Counted from the first letter of the stretch, positions 39,538-48,855 are shown. The stretch is 64,000 nucleotides of DNA from Alphaproteobacteria bacterium (GCA_965221125.1 CBDCRW010000006.1:288001-352000), one strand, 5' to 3'. The notes: generated by a model not told the origin, from the letters alone. Made by a program: numbers and translations.

Positions 39538-41232
39538 GTGGGAGAGGCATTCGATTACGTGATCGTGGGCGGCGGCTCGGCGGGCGCCGTGCTGGCCCAT
39601 CGCCTCTCGGCCGATCCCGCGACGCGCGTGGCCCTGCTGGAAGCGGGCCCGGACACGCCGCCGGAGACGGTGCCGGACATCATCCTCGACAGCTATCCGG
39701 GGCGCGCCTACTTCGATCCGCGCTTTCACTGGCAGGACCTGCGCGTCTACAACCGCTCGCCCGAGATCGACCCCTCGCAGAAGCCGAGCCGCTTCGAGCA
39801 GGCCCGCGTCATGGGCGGCGGCTCCTCCATCAACGGCCAGTTCGCCGTGCGCGGGATGCAGGGCGACTACGACGAGTGGGAGGAGATGGGGCTCCCCGGC
39901 TGGTCCCACGCGGGCCTTCTGCCCTACTTCAACAGGCTGGAGCGGGACGTCGATTTCGCCGGCGACGGCCACGGCAGCGCCGGGCGCATCCCGGTGCGCC
40001 GGCTCTTCCCGGAGGAATGGGGCGGGTTCAGCCGCGCGGCGCTCGCCGCGATGGAGGACAACGGCCTGCCCCTCTGCGGCGACGTGAATGGCGACGACGC
40101 CGACGGCTGCTATCCCGTGCCGCTCTCGAACCAGTACGGGCGGCGCGTCTCCACGGCGATCGGCTACCTCGACGCCGCGACCCGGCGGCGGCGCAATCTC
40201 GCCATTCACGCGGAGACCACGGTGACGCGCATCGTCGTCGACGGCGGTCGGGCGCGCGGGGTCGAGGCGGTGAGCCGGGGGAAGACCCTCCGCTTCGACG
40301 CGCGGGAGACCATCGTCTCCGCCGGCGCGCTTCACTCCCCTGCCCTGCTGCTCCGCGCCGGGGTCGGCCCGGCGGAGCACCTGCGCGCGCTCGGGATCGA
40401 GGTGGCGGCCGACCTGCCGGGCGTCGGCGGCAACCTGCTGGAGCACGCGAGCGTCAGCGTCGCGGCGCACCTGAAGCCCCGCGCCCGCGTGCCGGCCGGG
40501 CAGCGCCGCCACATCTATTTCGGCGCGCGCTACTCCTCCGGGCTGCAGGGCTGCCCGCCGGGGGACATGCTCTTCATGCCGACCAATTCCGCCGGCTGGC
40601 ATCCGCTGGGCCAAGCGATGGGCACCATGCTCCTGGCGGTCAACAAATCGTACTCGCAGGGCACCGTGCGCCTCGCCACGCCCTCGCCCTTCGACGAGCC
40701 CCGCGTCGACCTCAACATGCTCTCCGACGAGCGCGATCTCGTGCGCCTTGTCGACGGCTTCCGGCGCCTCTACAGGGTCATGGAGTCGCCGGCCGTGAAG
40801 GATCAGATAACGCTGTGGTTCCTCGCCGGCTATTCGGACGCCGTCCGCCGCCTGATGGTGCCCTCGGCCGGGACCTGGCTGAAGACGGCGACGGCACGCG
40901 CGCTGCTCGACCTGGGCGGCCCCGGTCGCGTGCTGCTGCGCCGCAAGCTCACCGGCGGGCGCGACGTGCACCGCATGGTCAAGGACGAGAGCGCGCTCGC
41001 GGACTGGATCAAGGCATCGGTCTGGCCGGGCTGGCACGTGTGCGGGACCTGCCGCATGGGCCCGGACGGCGACCCGCTCGCCGTGCTCGACGGCGAGTGC
41101 CGCGTGCGCGGCGTGGCGGGGCTCCGCGTGGTCGATGCCTCGGTGATGCCGACGATCCCGCGCGCCAACACCAACCTCACGACCATCGCGATCGCCGAGA
41201 AGATCGCCGACGGGATGCGAACGCGGGCGTGA
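39538..41232 (+). CDS. GMC oxidoreductase, HmfH (HMF/furfural oxidoreductase)-like
   Basis: GTG 39538 after GGAGG; FDYVIVGGGSAG, DTPP..VP..ILDSYP, EQARVMGGGSSIN, RVSTAIGYLDA.TRRR.NL, AGWHPLG, WHVCGTCRMG, ANTNLTTI. Resemblance to Cupriavidus HmfH is from recall, not alignment. Confidence 0.85.
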   Translation: MGEAFDYVIVGGGSAGAVLAHRLSADPATRVALLEAGPDTPPETVPDIILDSYPGRAYFDPRFHWQDLRVYNRSPEIDPSQKPSRFEQARVMGGGSSINGQFAVRGMQGDYDEWEEMGLPGWSHAGLLPYFNRLERDVDFAGDGHGSAGRIPVRRLFPEEWGGFSRAALAAMEDNGLPLCGDVNGDDADGCYPVPLSNQYGRRVSTAIGYLDAATRRRRNLAIHAETTVTRIVVDGGRARGVEAVSRGKTLRFDARETIVSAGALHSPALLLRAGVGPAEHLRALGIEVAADLPGVGGNLLEHASVSVAAHLKPRARVPAGQRRHIYFGARYSSGLQGCPPGDMLFMPTNSAGWHPLGQAMGTMLLAVNKSYSQGTVRLATPSPFDEPRVDLNMLSDERDLVRLVDGFRRLYRVMESPAVKDQITLWFLAGYSDAVRRLMVPSAGTWLKTATARALLDLGGPGRVLLRRKLTGGRDVHRMVKDESALADWIKASVWPGWHVCGTCRMGPDGDPLAVLDGECRVRGVAGLRVVDASVMPTIPRANTNLTTIAIAEKIADGMRTRA

Positions 41233-41281
41233 TGCGGCACACTGTCGCCCGATCTGGAATTGCGAACCGGGGAGAGTGCTG

Positions 41282-42226
41282 ATGGCACGGGTCACGGAAG
41301 CGGCGCCTGACGGCGTCGTCAGGCTGGAGAACCGCTTTGCGGACGGCGCCGCCTTCATCGACGGGGCCTTCGTGCCGATCGCCGAGGCGCGGATACCGAT
41401 CCTCGACTGGGGCTTCACGCGCTCGGACGTCACCTACGACGTGGTGCACGTCTGGGGCGGCAAGTTCTTCCGGCTCGACCATCATCTCGACCGCTTCGAG
41501 AAGAGTCTCGCCAGCGTCCGCATGAGCATTCCCCACGAGCGCGACGAGGTCGTCGCGATCCTGATGCGGCTGATGCGCCTCAGCCAGCTGCGCGAGGCCT
41601 ACGTCGAAGTGCTGTGCACCCGCGGCATGCCGCCCAAGGGCACCCGCGACCCCCGTGCCTGCGAGAACCGCTTCATCGCCTTTGTCATCCCCTTCGTCTG
41701 GATCGCGGACGAGGAGATGCGCGCCCGCGGCATCAACCTGCACCTCAGCTCCTACCTGCGGATTCCGCCGGGCTCGGTCGACCCCACCGCCAAGAACTTC
41801 CACTGGGGCGACATGATCCGCGCGCTGTTCCAGAGCTACGAGCGGGGCTGCGACATGCCGGTGGTCGTCGACCTCGACGGCAACATCGCCGAGGGGCCGG
41901 GCTTCAACGTCTTCGCCGTCAAGGGCGGCACCGCGACGACGCCGGGCGGCACCTGCCTCGAAGGCATCACGCGGCGGACCGCGCTCGACCTCTTGGGCGA
42001 ACTCAACGTGAAAGGGGAGGTCGGCATCGTCTCGCCGGACGACCTGCGCGGCGCCGACGAGGTCTTCGTCACCAGCACGGCGGGCGGCATCCTGCCGGTG
42101 ACGAAGATCGACCACGAGCCGGTGGGGGACGGCGCCGTCGGCCCGGTGACCGAGAGGCTGCGCGCCCTCTACTGGGAGCGGCACGAGGACGACAGCGAGG
42201 CGACGCCGATCGACTACGAGGGCTGA
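41282..42226 (+). CDS. PLP fold-type IV aminotransferase, (R)-selective amine transaminase-like
   Basis: EARIPILDWGFTRSDVTYDVVHVW, FFRLDHHLDRF, AYVEV, DPTAKNFHWGD, EGPGFN, LEGITR, STAGG. Confidence 0.85.
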   Translation: MARVTEAAPDGVVRLENRFADGAAFIDGAFVPIAEARIPILDWGFTRSDVTYDVVHVWGGKFFRLDHHLDRFEKSLASVRMSIPHERDEVVAILMRLMRLSQLREAYVEVLCTRGMPPKGTRDPRACENRFIAFVIPFVWIADEEMRARGINLHLSSYLRIPPGSVDPTAKNFHWGDMIRALFQSYERGCDMPVVVDLDGNIAEGPGFNVFAVKGGTATTPGGTCLEGITRRTALDLLGELNVKGEVGIVSPDDLRGADEVFVTSTAGGILPVTKIDHEPVGDGAVGPVTERLRALYWERHEDDSEATPIDYEG

Positions 42227-42285
42227 GCCGCGGCGCACGGCATCAAGGTCTTCATTCGCCACTGGCCGCGGGCGCGGCGCGCGCC

Positions 42286-43953
42286 ATGATGATCGGCGGC
42301 ATACCGGGGCCCAAGCGCATCGGAGTCGGGCTCGAGGCCAGGGCCGGGCTGCTCCGGGGTGCCGCAACGGTGGGCCGCATCGTCGGCACCACCCTCGGCC
42401 CCGGCGGGCGCGCGGTGCTGATCGAGCGCCGCCATGCCCAGCCCTGGGTCTCCACCGACGGCTACACCATCGCGCGGCACATCGACCTCGAGGACCGCTT
42501 CGAGGACATGGGCGGCCGCCTGATCCGCCACGTCGGCTCGAAGGTGAGCGACGAGGTGGGCGACGGCTCCACCACCGCGATGGTGCTGGCGGCTGCGCTC
42601 ATGGAGGAAGGCCACCGCGCGACCGCCGCCGGCGCCGACCCCATGAGCGTCATGCGGGGGATGGAGCGCGGGCTCGCCGCAGCCACGGAAGCGCTGGACG
42701 CGCAGTCCCGCCCCCTGCCGGCGGAGGGCGGCCTGGAGCGCGTGGCCCGGCTCGCGGCGGGCGGCGACGAGGAGATCGGGCGCCACCTCGCCCATGCCAT
42801 CCGCCGGGTCGGCCCCGACGGGGTGGTGACCATCGAGGAGGCGCAGGGCGTCGAGACCGAGCTCTCGGTGCACGAGGGCATGAGCTTCGACACGGGCTAC
42901 GTCTCGCCCGCCTTCGTCACCGATACGGACGACATGACGGCCACCCTGGAAGACGCCTACGTGCTGATGCACGAGAAGACGATCTCCAGCGTGGACGCGA
43001 TCGAGCCCGCGCTCCGCGCCTTCGCCAAGTCGTCGCACACGCTGCTGATCGTGGCGGAGGACGTAGTGGGCGATGCGCTGGCGACGCTGATCGTCAACAA
43101 GCAGCAGGGTGGGCTCCGCGTCGCCGCGGTCAAGGCGCCGGGCTTCGGGCGCTGGCGCAAGCTCATGCTGGAGGACATCGCGGTCATGACCGGCGGGGAG
43201 ATCGTCACCGACGAGCTCGGCAACAAGCTGGAGAACCTGAAGCCCGCGATGATGGGCGCGGCGAAGCGGGTGCACGTGGCCCGCGACCGCACCGCCATCG
43301 TGGACGGCGCGGGCGATGCCGAGGAGATCGCGCAGCGCTGCAACATGCTGCGGCGCGAGGCGGAGGCCGAGAAATACCTGAGCTTCGACCGCGAGAAGCT
43401 GCAGGAGCGCCTCGCCCGCCTCGCCGCCGCCATCGCGCACTTGCGGCTTGGCGGCGCGACCGAGACGGAGCTCCGCGCGCGGAAGGAACGCGCGACGGAC
43501 GCCTTGAACGCTGCCCGCGCAGCGGCGGCGGAGGGCGTGGTGCCCGGCGGCGGCGTGGCGCTCGTGCAGGCCTCCCGCGCGCTTCGCGACGTCGATGCCC
43601 GCAGCGACGACGAGGCCATGGGCGTCTCTGCGCTGGCGGCGGCACTCAAGGCGCCGATGCGGCGGATCGTGGAGAACGCCGGCGGCGAGGGCACCTACGC
43701 CGTCGCCCGCGCGCTCGCCCAGGACAATCCGCGCTGGGGCTTCGACGCGGCCGCACGGCACTTCCGCGACCTGCCGCGCGCCGGCATCGCCGATCCGACG
43801 CGGGTGGTGCGCACCGCGCTGCGGACGGCCGTCCCGGCCGCAGCCCGCGCCATCGCTGCCGAAGCCGTGATCGCCGGCAGGCCGCAGCCCGCCGAGCCCG
43901 AGACCCAGGCGCTCCCCGAATCGGACCTGCCGGGCGGGCAGAAAGAGGGATAG
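42286..43953 (+). CDS. Divergent GroEL (Cpn60) paralog
   Basis: TLGPGGR, GDGSTTA, GMSFDTGY, KAPGFG, DREKLQERLARL, EGVVPGGG, GIADP; no GGM tail and no groES nearby. Confidence 0.9.
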   Translation: MMIGGIPGPKRIGVGLEARAGLLRGAATVGRIVGTTLGPGGRAVLIERRHAQPWVSTDGYTIARHIDLEDRFEDMGGRLIRHVGSKVSDEVGDGSTTAMVLAAALMEEGHRATAAGADPMSVMRGMERGLAAATEALDAQSRPLPAEGGLERVARLAAGGDEEIGRHLAHAIRRVGPDGVVTIEEAQGVETELSVHEGMSFDTGYVSPAFVTDTDDMTATLEDAYVLMHEKTISSVDAIEPALRAFAKSSHTLLIVAEDVVGDALATLIVNKQQGGLRVAAVKAPGFGRWRKLMLEDIAVMTGGEIVTDELGNKLENLKPAMMGAAKRVHVARDRTAIVDGAGDAEEIAQRCNMLRREAEAEKYLSFDREKLQERLARLAAAIAHLRLGGATETELRARKERATDALNAARAAAAEGVVPGGGVALVQASRALRDVDARSDDEAMGVSALAAALKAPMRRIVENAGGEGTYAVARALAQDNPRWGFDAAARHFRDLPRAGIADPTRVVRTALRTAVPAAARAIAAEAVIAGRPQPAEPETQALPESDLPGGQKEG

Positions 43954-43989
43954 AGCGCCGCTGACTTTGACGGACGCGCGATAGGCCGC
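43951..43989 (-). repeat. Inverted fragment of the dispersed repeat
   Basis: GACTTTGACGGACGCGCGATAGGCCGC is the exact reverse complement of part of copy 2; preceded by TAGAGCG at the GroEL stop. Confidence 0.75.
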
Positions 43990-43994
43990 CCTGC

Positions 43995-44141
43995 CAGAAC
44001 GTTTCCGTATTGCACGGAAACGCTCTGGCCGTTTGTCGCTCACGGCAGCTGGCCTGCGGCCAGCGCCTCCGCGAGGGCGCCGCATTCGCGGCGGGCCGCT
44101 ATCGCGGCCTAGAACGCGTCCGCAAAAGCGGACGCGTTCTA
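43995..44141 (+). repeat. Dispersed ~148-bp multi-hairpin repeat, copy 3
   Basis: Same core as copies 1 and 2; the last hairpin ends in CTA, the TAG stop of the convergent mlaC-like gene. Confidence 0.9.
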
Positions 44142-44807
44142 TTCCGCCGTGGCGCCGATGGGCGCCTCGATGCGCGCGCGGATGTCGCCGAGCAGGCCGT
44201 TGAAGCCCTTGCGGTTGATGACCGAGGCGAACTCGGCCCGGTGGGTGAGCAACATGCTGATGCCCTCGACGTAGAGGTCGACGACCCGGTGGCCGCCGTC
44301 CCTCGGGCGGACGCGGAAATCGAGCTCGACGGGGTCGGCGCCGGATGGCCGGGACACCTGCGCGCGCACGATGGTGTCGCCGCTCTCGTCGGCGATGGCG
44401 GCGTGCACCGTGAACACCTCGCCGCCGTAGGAGTATGAATCGAACCGGCTCGCGTAAACGCGCGCGAGAAAGTCGAGCAGGACGGCCGTGAATTCCGCGC
44501 GCTGGTCGTCGCTCGCCGTCCGCCAGTGCTTGCCCAGCACGAAGCGGGCAACGATCGGGATGTCGAAGCCCCGGCCCAACACGTCACGGAACGCGACCTC
44601 GCGCTCGGCCAGAGTGCTGTTCGCCTTATCGCCCAGGATGGCCATGACCTCGTCCCCGACACCCTGGACGAAGGCGACCGCCGCGTCGTCCGACGCCGCC
44701 GTCCGCTGCCCTGCGGCCGCGATCATGAGGGCGGCAATCAGGGCGCCGGCCAGCAGGGCGCGCCGGGACAGGCGGCTGAAGCGCTTCGGATTCGATCTTC
44801 GTGACAC
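44139..44807 (-). CDS. mlaC: MlaC/Ttg2D-family phospholipid-binding protein
   Basis: FDIPIVARFVLGKHWRTAS..QR.EF, VVDLYVEGISML.T.R.EF.SVI; start approximate. Confidence 0.82.
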   Translation of the reverse strand: MSRRSNPKRFSRLSRRALLAGALIAALMIAAAGQRTAASDDAAVAFVQGVGDEVMAILGDKANSTLAEREVAFRDVLGRGFDIPIVARFVLGKHWRTASDDQRAEFTAVLLDFLARVYASRFDSYSYGGEVFTVHAAIADESGDTIVRAQVSRPSGADPVELDFRVRPRDGGHRVVDLYVEGISMLLTHRAEFASVINRKGFNGLLGDIRARIEAPIGATAE

Positions 44808-45013
44808 TGCGACCGCCCGATTCTCGTCGACCGATAAAATGTATTGCCTTTTGACGTATTCACAACAGCGAGCGGCAAGGGACGCGCAATTAGACTGCAC
44901 CGGCGCATGGCCGCCGTGGCGGAGTCGCTTTCCCTTGCCCGACTGGAGAATCGGGATAATGTTGCGGCGCCGTGACACCCGACTCGATCTTCCCGCCGCG
45001 TAGGCGCGCCTGC

Positions 45014-45727
45014 GTGCGGGTCCTCCTCTTCTCTGTCGCAACCCTGCTTGCGGCAGCGCTCGCCTCGCCGGCGGCGGCCGACCTGCTCGCGGATGGCGCC
45101 GCCTCCTACGAGGCCGGCGACTACGAAGGAGCCGCGAAGGCCTGGCGTCCGCTCGCCGAGGGGGGCGACGCGATGGCCCAGTTCAACCTGGGCCTCCTGC
45201 ACGAGACCGGGCGCGGCGTGGCCGAGGATGCGGCCGCGGCGGCGGCCTGGTACGAGCGTGCGGCCCTGCAGGGCGTGACCCAGGCGCAGTTCAATCTGGC
45301 GTTGCTGCACCAGACCGGGCGCGGCGTGGAGCAGGACGGAGAAGAGGCGCTCTACTGGCTCGAGGTCGCGGCCCGGCATGGCGAGGGCGCCGAGGGCGAG
45401 CAGGCAGCCGACGCGGCGGCCCGGCTGGCCGAGATTCTGCCGCCAGAACAGGTGGACGAGGCCCGCACCCGCGCCGCCGATTTCGCGCCGCGCGCGCAGG
45501 AAGCGCCGACCCTGGCCGGGGCGACGACGTTGATCCTCTCGGACAGCCAGGTCGCGGAGCTGCAGCGCCGGCTCGCGGCCCACGGCTACGATCCGGGGCC
45601 TGCGGACGGCGTGCCCGGAGAGCAGACGCGGCGCGCCGTGCGCCGCTACCTCGCCGACCGGGGCGTCGAATGGTCGGCGGGCGAGAATTTGTCGCAGCGC
45701 CTGCTGGACCTCGTCCCCGCGCCCTAA
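45014..45727 (+). CDS. Secreted Sel1-repeat protein with C-terminal peptidoglycan-binding domain
   Basis: Two AQFNL..L...GRGV repeats; LQRRLAAHGYDPGPADGVPGEQTRRAV; start approximate. Confidence 0.85.
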   Translation: MRVLLFSVATLLAAALASPAAADLLADGAASYEAGDYEGAAKAWRPLAEGGDAMAQFNLGLLHETGRGVAEDAAAAAAWYERAALQGVTQAQFNLALLHQTGRGVEQDGEEALYWLEVAARHGEGAEGEQAADAAARLAEILPPEQVDEARTRAADFAPRAQEAPTLAGATTLILSDSQVAELQRRLAAHGYDPGPADGVPGEQTRRAVRRYLADRGVEWSAGENLSQRLLDLVPAP

Positions 45728-45778
45728 CCCCCAGCACTCTCCATTATGGGCCCGTGGCGGGCCGTGCGGGAGGGAGAC

Positions 45779-46615
45779 GTGAGCGACGCAAGCGCGATCA
45801 CCGGCCACTACACGAGCGGCGACCTGCTGGCGCGGCTGGAGGCGAGGCTGCGGGAGGACGGCGCCGATCCCGCGCGGCCGACCGCCGAGGCGCTCGCGCC
45901 CTACGATCATTTCCACGGCCGCGGGCTGGAGGCGACCGAGGACATGGCGGGGCTGCTCCGGGTCGCGGAGACGGACCACATCCTCGATGTCGGCAGCGGC
46001 CTCGGCGGGCCCGCGCGCTACATGGCGAGGCGCTTCGGCTGCCGGGTCAGCGGGGTCGACCTGACGGCGGAGTTCTGCGACGTGGCCCGCCACCTGAACG
46101 CGCTGCTCGGGCTGGAGGATCGGGTCTCGATCGCGCACGGCGATGCGCTCGCGATGCCCTTCGGCGACGGGGCGTTCGACGGCGCCTATTCCATGAACGT
46201 CTCCATGAACATCGCCGACAAGCGCGCGCTCTACCGCGAGATCCACCGCGTGCTCAGGCCGGGCGCCTGGCTGATGCTGTCGGAGGTGGCGCAAGGGCCG
46301 GGCGGCGCGCCGGACTTCCCGACGCCCTGGGCGCACACAGCGTCGTCGAGTTTCCTCTCGACCGAGGCGGAGACCCGCGCGAACCTCGCGGCCTGCGGCT
46401 TCGCGATCGAGAGCCTGCGCGATACGACGGACGTGGCGCTGGCCTACGGCGCCCGCTCCCGCGCGCTGGTCGAAGCGGGCGGAAAGCCGTCGCACCGCGC
46501 GGTCTCGCTGATCCACGGCGCGCTCGCCGAGGATGCCGCCGCAAATTCCGCCCGCGCGCTCAAGGAACGCCGGGCGGTGCCGATCGAGCTGGTCTGCCGC
46601 AAGGCGGCACGCTGA
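45779..46615 (+). CDS. Class I SAM-dependent methyltransferase
   Basis: DHFHGRG, ILDVGSGLGGPAR, GVDLT, GDALAMPF, RVLRPGA. Confidence 0.88.
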   Translation: MSDASAITGHYTSGDLLARLEARLREDGADPARPTAEALAPYDHFHGRGLEATEDMAGLLRVAETDHILDVGSGLGGPARYMARRFGCRVSGVDLTAEFCDVARHLNALLGLEDRVSIAHGDALAMPFGDGAFDGAYSMNVSMNIADKRALYREIHRVLRPGAWLMLSEVAQGPGGAPDFPTPWAHTASSSFLSTEAETRANLAACGFAIESLRDTTDVALAYGARSRALVEAGGKPSHRAVSLIHGALAEDAAANSARALKERRAVPIELVCRKAAR

Positions 46616-47117
46616 GCCACGTCCGCCGGCCGACGCCGGCCAGGATCGTCAACAGATCGCCGAGGGCGACGGCGACGCAGCCCGCCGTCGGCGCATAGTC
46701 GGGCTGGGCCACGTGGAGGAACACGGCGCTCCCCTGCCCCGGCACCGGCGGCGCGTCGTTGTGGCCGAGAATGACGATCAGGTCGTAGACGCGGTCCGCG
46801 CGCCAGAGCTCCTCGTGGCTCGCCGCGTGCGGCAGGCGGACCGGCCGGTTGTAGAGGGGGTGGCCGGGATCGTCGCACCAGCCATCGCGCGGGCCGAGCG
46901 GGGCGATGGGAAGCGCCGTCCGGGGCGGGGCCAGCCGGTCCGGCCGGTAGAGCACCCGGCGGAGCGGAAAGCGGCCGGCGGGCGTGCCCCCGTCGCCCTC
47001 GCGCTTGTTGGGGCGGACCCCGCCCCAGCCGATCGCGCAGGCGAAGCGCCGCGCGCCCCAGCAGAGAGTTCCGGGCGGGCGGACGACGAGGTCGGCGTCT
47101 GCGGTCGGCAGGCTCAC
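46560..47117 (-). CDS. L,D-transpeptidase (YkuD-like) family protein
   Basis: [33 protein letters not shown]; GTG start overlaps the rnhB stop. Confidence 0.82.
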   Translation of the reverse strand: MSLPTADADLVVRPPGTLCWGARRFACAIGWGGVRPNKREGDGGTPAGRFPLRRVLYRPDRLAPPRTALPIAPLGPRDGWCDDPGHPLYNRPVRLPHAASHEELWRADRVYDLIVILGHNDAPPVPGQGSAVFLHVAQPDYAPTAGCVAVALGDLLTILAGVGRRTWLSVPPCGRPARSAPPGVP

Positions 47118-47752
47118 GCACCGCCCTCCAGAAGCGCGCAGATGGGGCGAAACGACCGCCGGTGGTGCGCCGTGACCCCGAGCCGCGCAAGCCCGGCCTG
47201 GTGCTCCGCCGTGCCGTAGCCTGCGTTGCGCTCCCACCCATAGCCGGGATGCTCCAGCGCGAGGCGCGTCATCAGGCGGTCACGCGCGACCTTGGCGACG
47301 ATCGAGGCCGCAGCGATGGAGAGGCTCGCGCGATCGCCGCCCACCACCGTCCGCACCGCGCACGGCAGCCGGGGCGCGCGGTTGCCGTCCACCAGCGCAA
47401 GGTCGGGCGGATGGGCGAGACGGACGACGGCGCGGCGCATGGCGAGCAGGGTTGCTTGCAGGATGTTCATGGCGTCGATCTCGGCGACGCTCGCGATGCC
47501 GAGGGCGGCATCGGCGCAGGCCAGGATCGCCGGCTGGAGCGCGGCGCGGCGTTCCGCTCTCAGCATCTTGGAATCGGTGATCGCGGCGCGCAGCGCCTCC
47601 GGCGGGCCGCCCGCGGCGAAGACCACCGCCGCAGCGACCACGGGCCCGGCCCAGGGGCCACGGCCGGCCTCGTCGACCCCGGCCACGCGCCCGCCCGCCG
47701 CGTCTTCGAGCGACAGGTCGGGGCGGTCCCGCTGGCGGCGCTTCCCTGCCAT
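47114..47752 (-). CDS. rnhB: Ribonuclease HII
   Basis: [56 protein letters not shown]. Confidence 0.96.
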   Translation of the reverse strand: MAGKRRQRDRPDLSLEDAAGGRVAGVDEAGRGPWAGPVVAAAVVFAAGGPPEALRAAITDSKMLRAERRAALQPAILACADAALGIASVAEIDAMNILQATLLAMRRAVVRLAHPPDLALVDGNRAPRLPCAVRTVVGGDRASLSIAAASIVAKVARDRLMTRLALEHPGYGWERNAGYGTAEHQAGLARLGVTAHHRRSFRPICALLEGGA

Positions 47753-47790
47753 GAAACCGTTCTAACACGACCGGCGCGCGGGTCGGCGGA

Positions 47791-48855
47791 TCAGAAGAGG
47801 GTGAGTTGCGCGGGGTCGCGGGCGGGCGGGCGGAAGCGGCCGGTGTCGAGCGTGGGGCCCTTGCGCTTCAGCCCGAGGCGCCGGGTGGCGGCGGCGAAGC
47901 GGGCGGCGATCAGCTCCGCGTAGGGGCCGCTGCCGGACATGCGGGTGCCGAAGTTGGGGTCGTTGAGCCGGCCCGCGCGCATGCCCTGCAGTAGGGAGAC
48001 GACGCGCTTTGCCTTGTTCGGCGCATGGACCGAGAGCCATTCCAGGAAAAGCTCGCGCACCTCACGCGGCAGGCGCAGGACGACATAGCCGGCACGGTCC
48101 GCGCCCGCATCGCTCGCGGCCTCGAGGATCGATTCGATCTCGTGGTCGGTGAGGCCCGGCACGATGGGCGCCACGATCACGCCCACCGGCACGCCGGCCT
48201 CGCGGAGGGCTCGGATGGCCTCCAGCCGCTTCGCTGGCGTCGACGCGCGCGGCTCCATGGTGCGGGCGAGGTCGCGGTCCCGCGTCGTGACCGAGAGCGA
48301 GACAGTGGCCAGCCTGCGCCGGGCCATGCGGGAGAGGATGTCCGCGTCCCGCGTCACCAGCGCCGACTTGGTGACGATGCCGACCGGGTGGTCGTAGCGC
48401 TCCAGCACCTCGAGGACGCCCCGTGTGAGCGCGAGGCGGCGCTCGGTCGGCTGATAGGGGTCGGTGTTGGTGCCCATGGCGATCATCCGGCACTGGTAGC
48501 CGGGCCGCGCCAGCTCGCGCTCGAGCTGCGCCGGCGCATCGTGCTTCGCGAAGATGCGGCTCTCGAAGTCCTGGCCGGGCGAAAGGCCGAGATAGGCGTG
48601 CGTCGGGCGCGCGTAGCAATAGACGCAGCCGTGCTCGCAGCCGCGATAGACGTTGATGGAGCGGTCGAAGCCGATGTCGGGGGACTCGTTCCGCGTGATC
48701 ACCGTGCGGCTGGTGTCGGGGCGCACCTCGGTGCGAAGCGGCGCCTCTGCTTCGTCGATGGTGCCCCAGCCGTCGTCGAACGCCTCGCGCCGGTGGCGCT
48801 CGTAGCGCCCGCTCCGGTTGCTCGCGGCCCCCCGCCCCTTGCGCGCGTCCCTCAT
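47791..48855 (-). CDS. PA0069/Rv2578c-family radical SAM protein (DNA repair-associated)
   Basis: KGRGA.SN, N.SPDIGFDRSINVYRGCEHGCVYCYARPTHAY, GTNTDPYQP.E. Confidence 0.92.
   Translation of the reverse strand: MRDARKGRGAASNRSGRYERHRREAFDDGWGTIDEAEAPLRTEVRPDTSRTVITRNESPDIGFDRSINVYRGCEHGCVYCYARPTHAYLGLSPGQDFESRIFAKHDAPAQLERELARPGYQCRMIAMGTNTDPYQPTERRLALTRGVLEVLERYDHPVGIVTKSALVTRDADILSRMARRRLATVSLSVTTRDRDLARTMEPRASTPAKRLEAIRALREAGVPVGVIVAPIVPGLTDHEIESILEAASDAGADRAGYVVLRLPREVRELFLEWLSVHAPNKAKRVVSLLQGMRAGRLNDPNFGTRMSGSGPYAELIAARFAAATRRLGLKRKGPTLDTGRFRPPARDPAQLTLF

Noticed and set aside
41614-42285. Apparent 224-aa N-terminal extension on GroEL
   Set aside because: Arg/Pro-rich alternative frame overlapping the transaminase; GroEL homology begins at ~42286.
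25055-44141. Repeats as a CRISPR array or autonomous IS
   Set aside because: Copies are kilobases apart with no spacer periodicity, no cas genes and no internal ORF.
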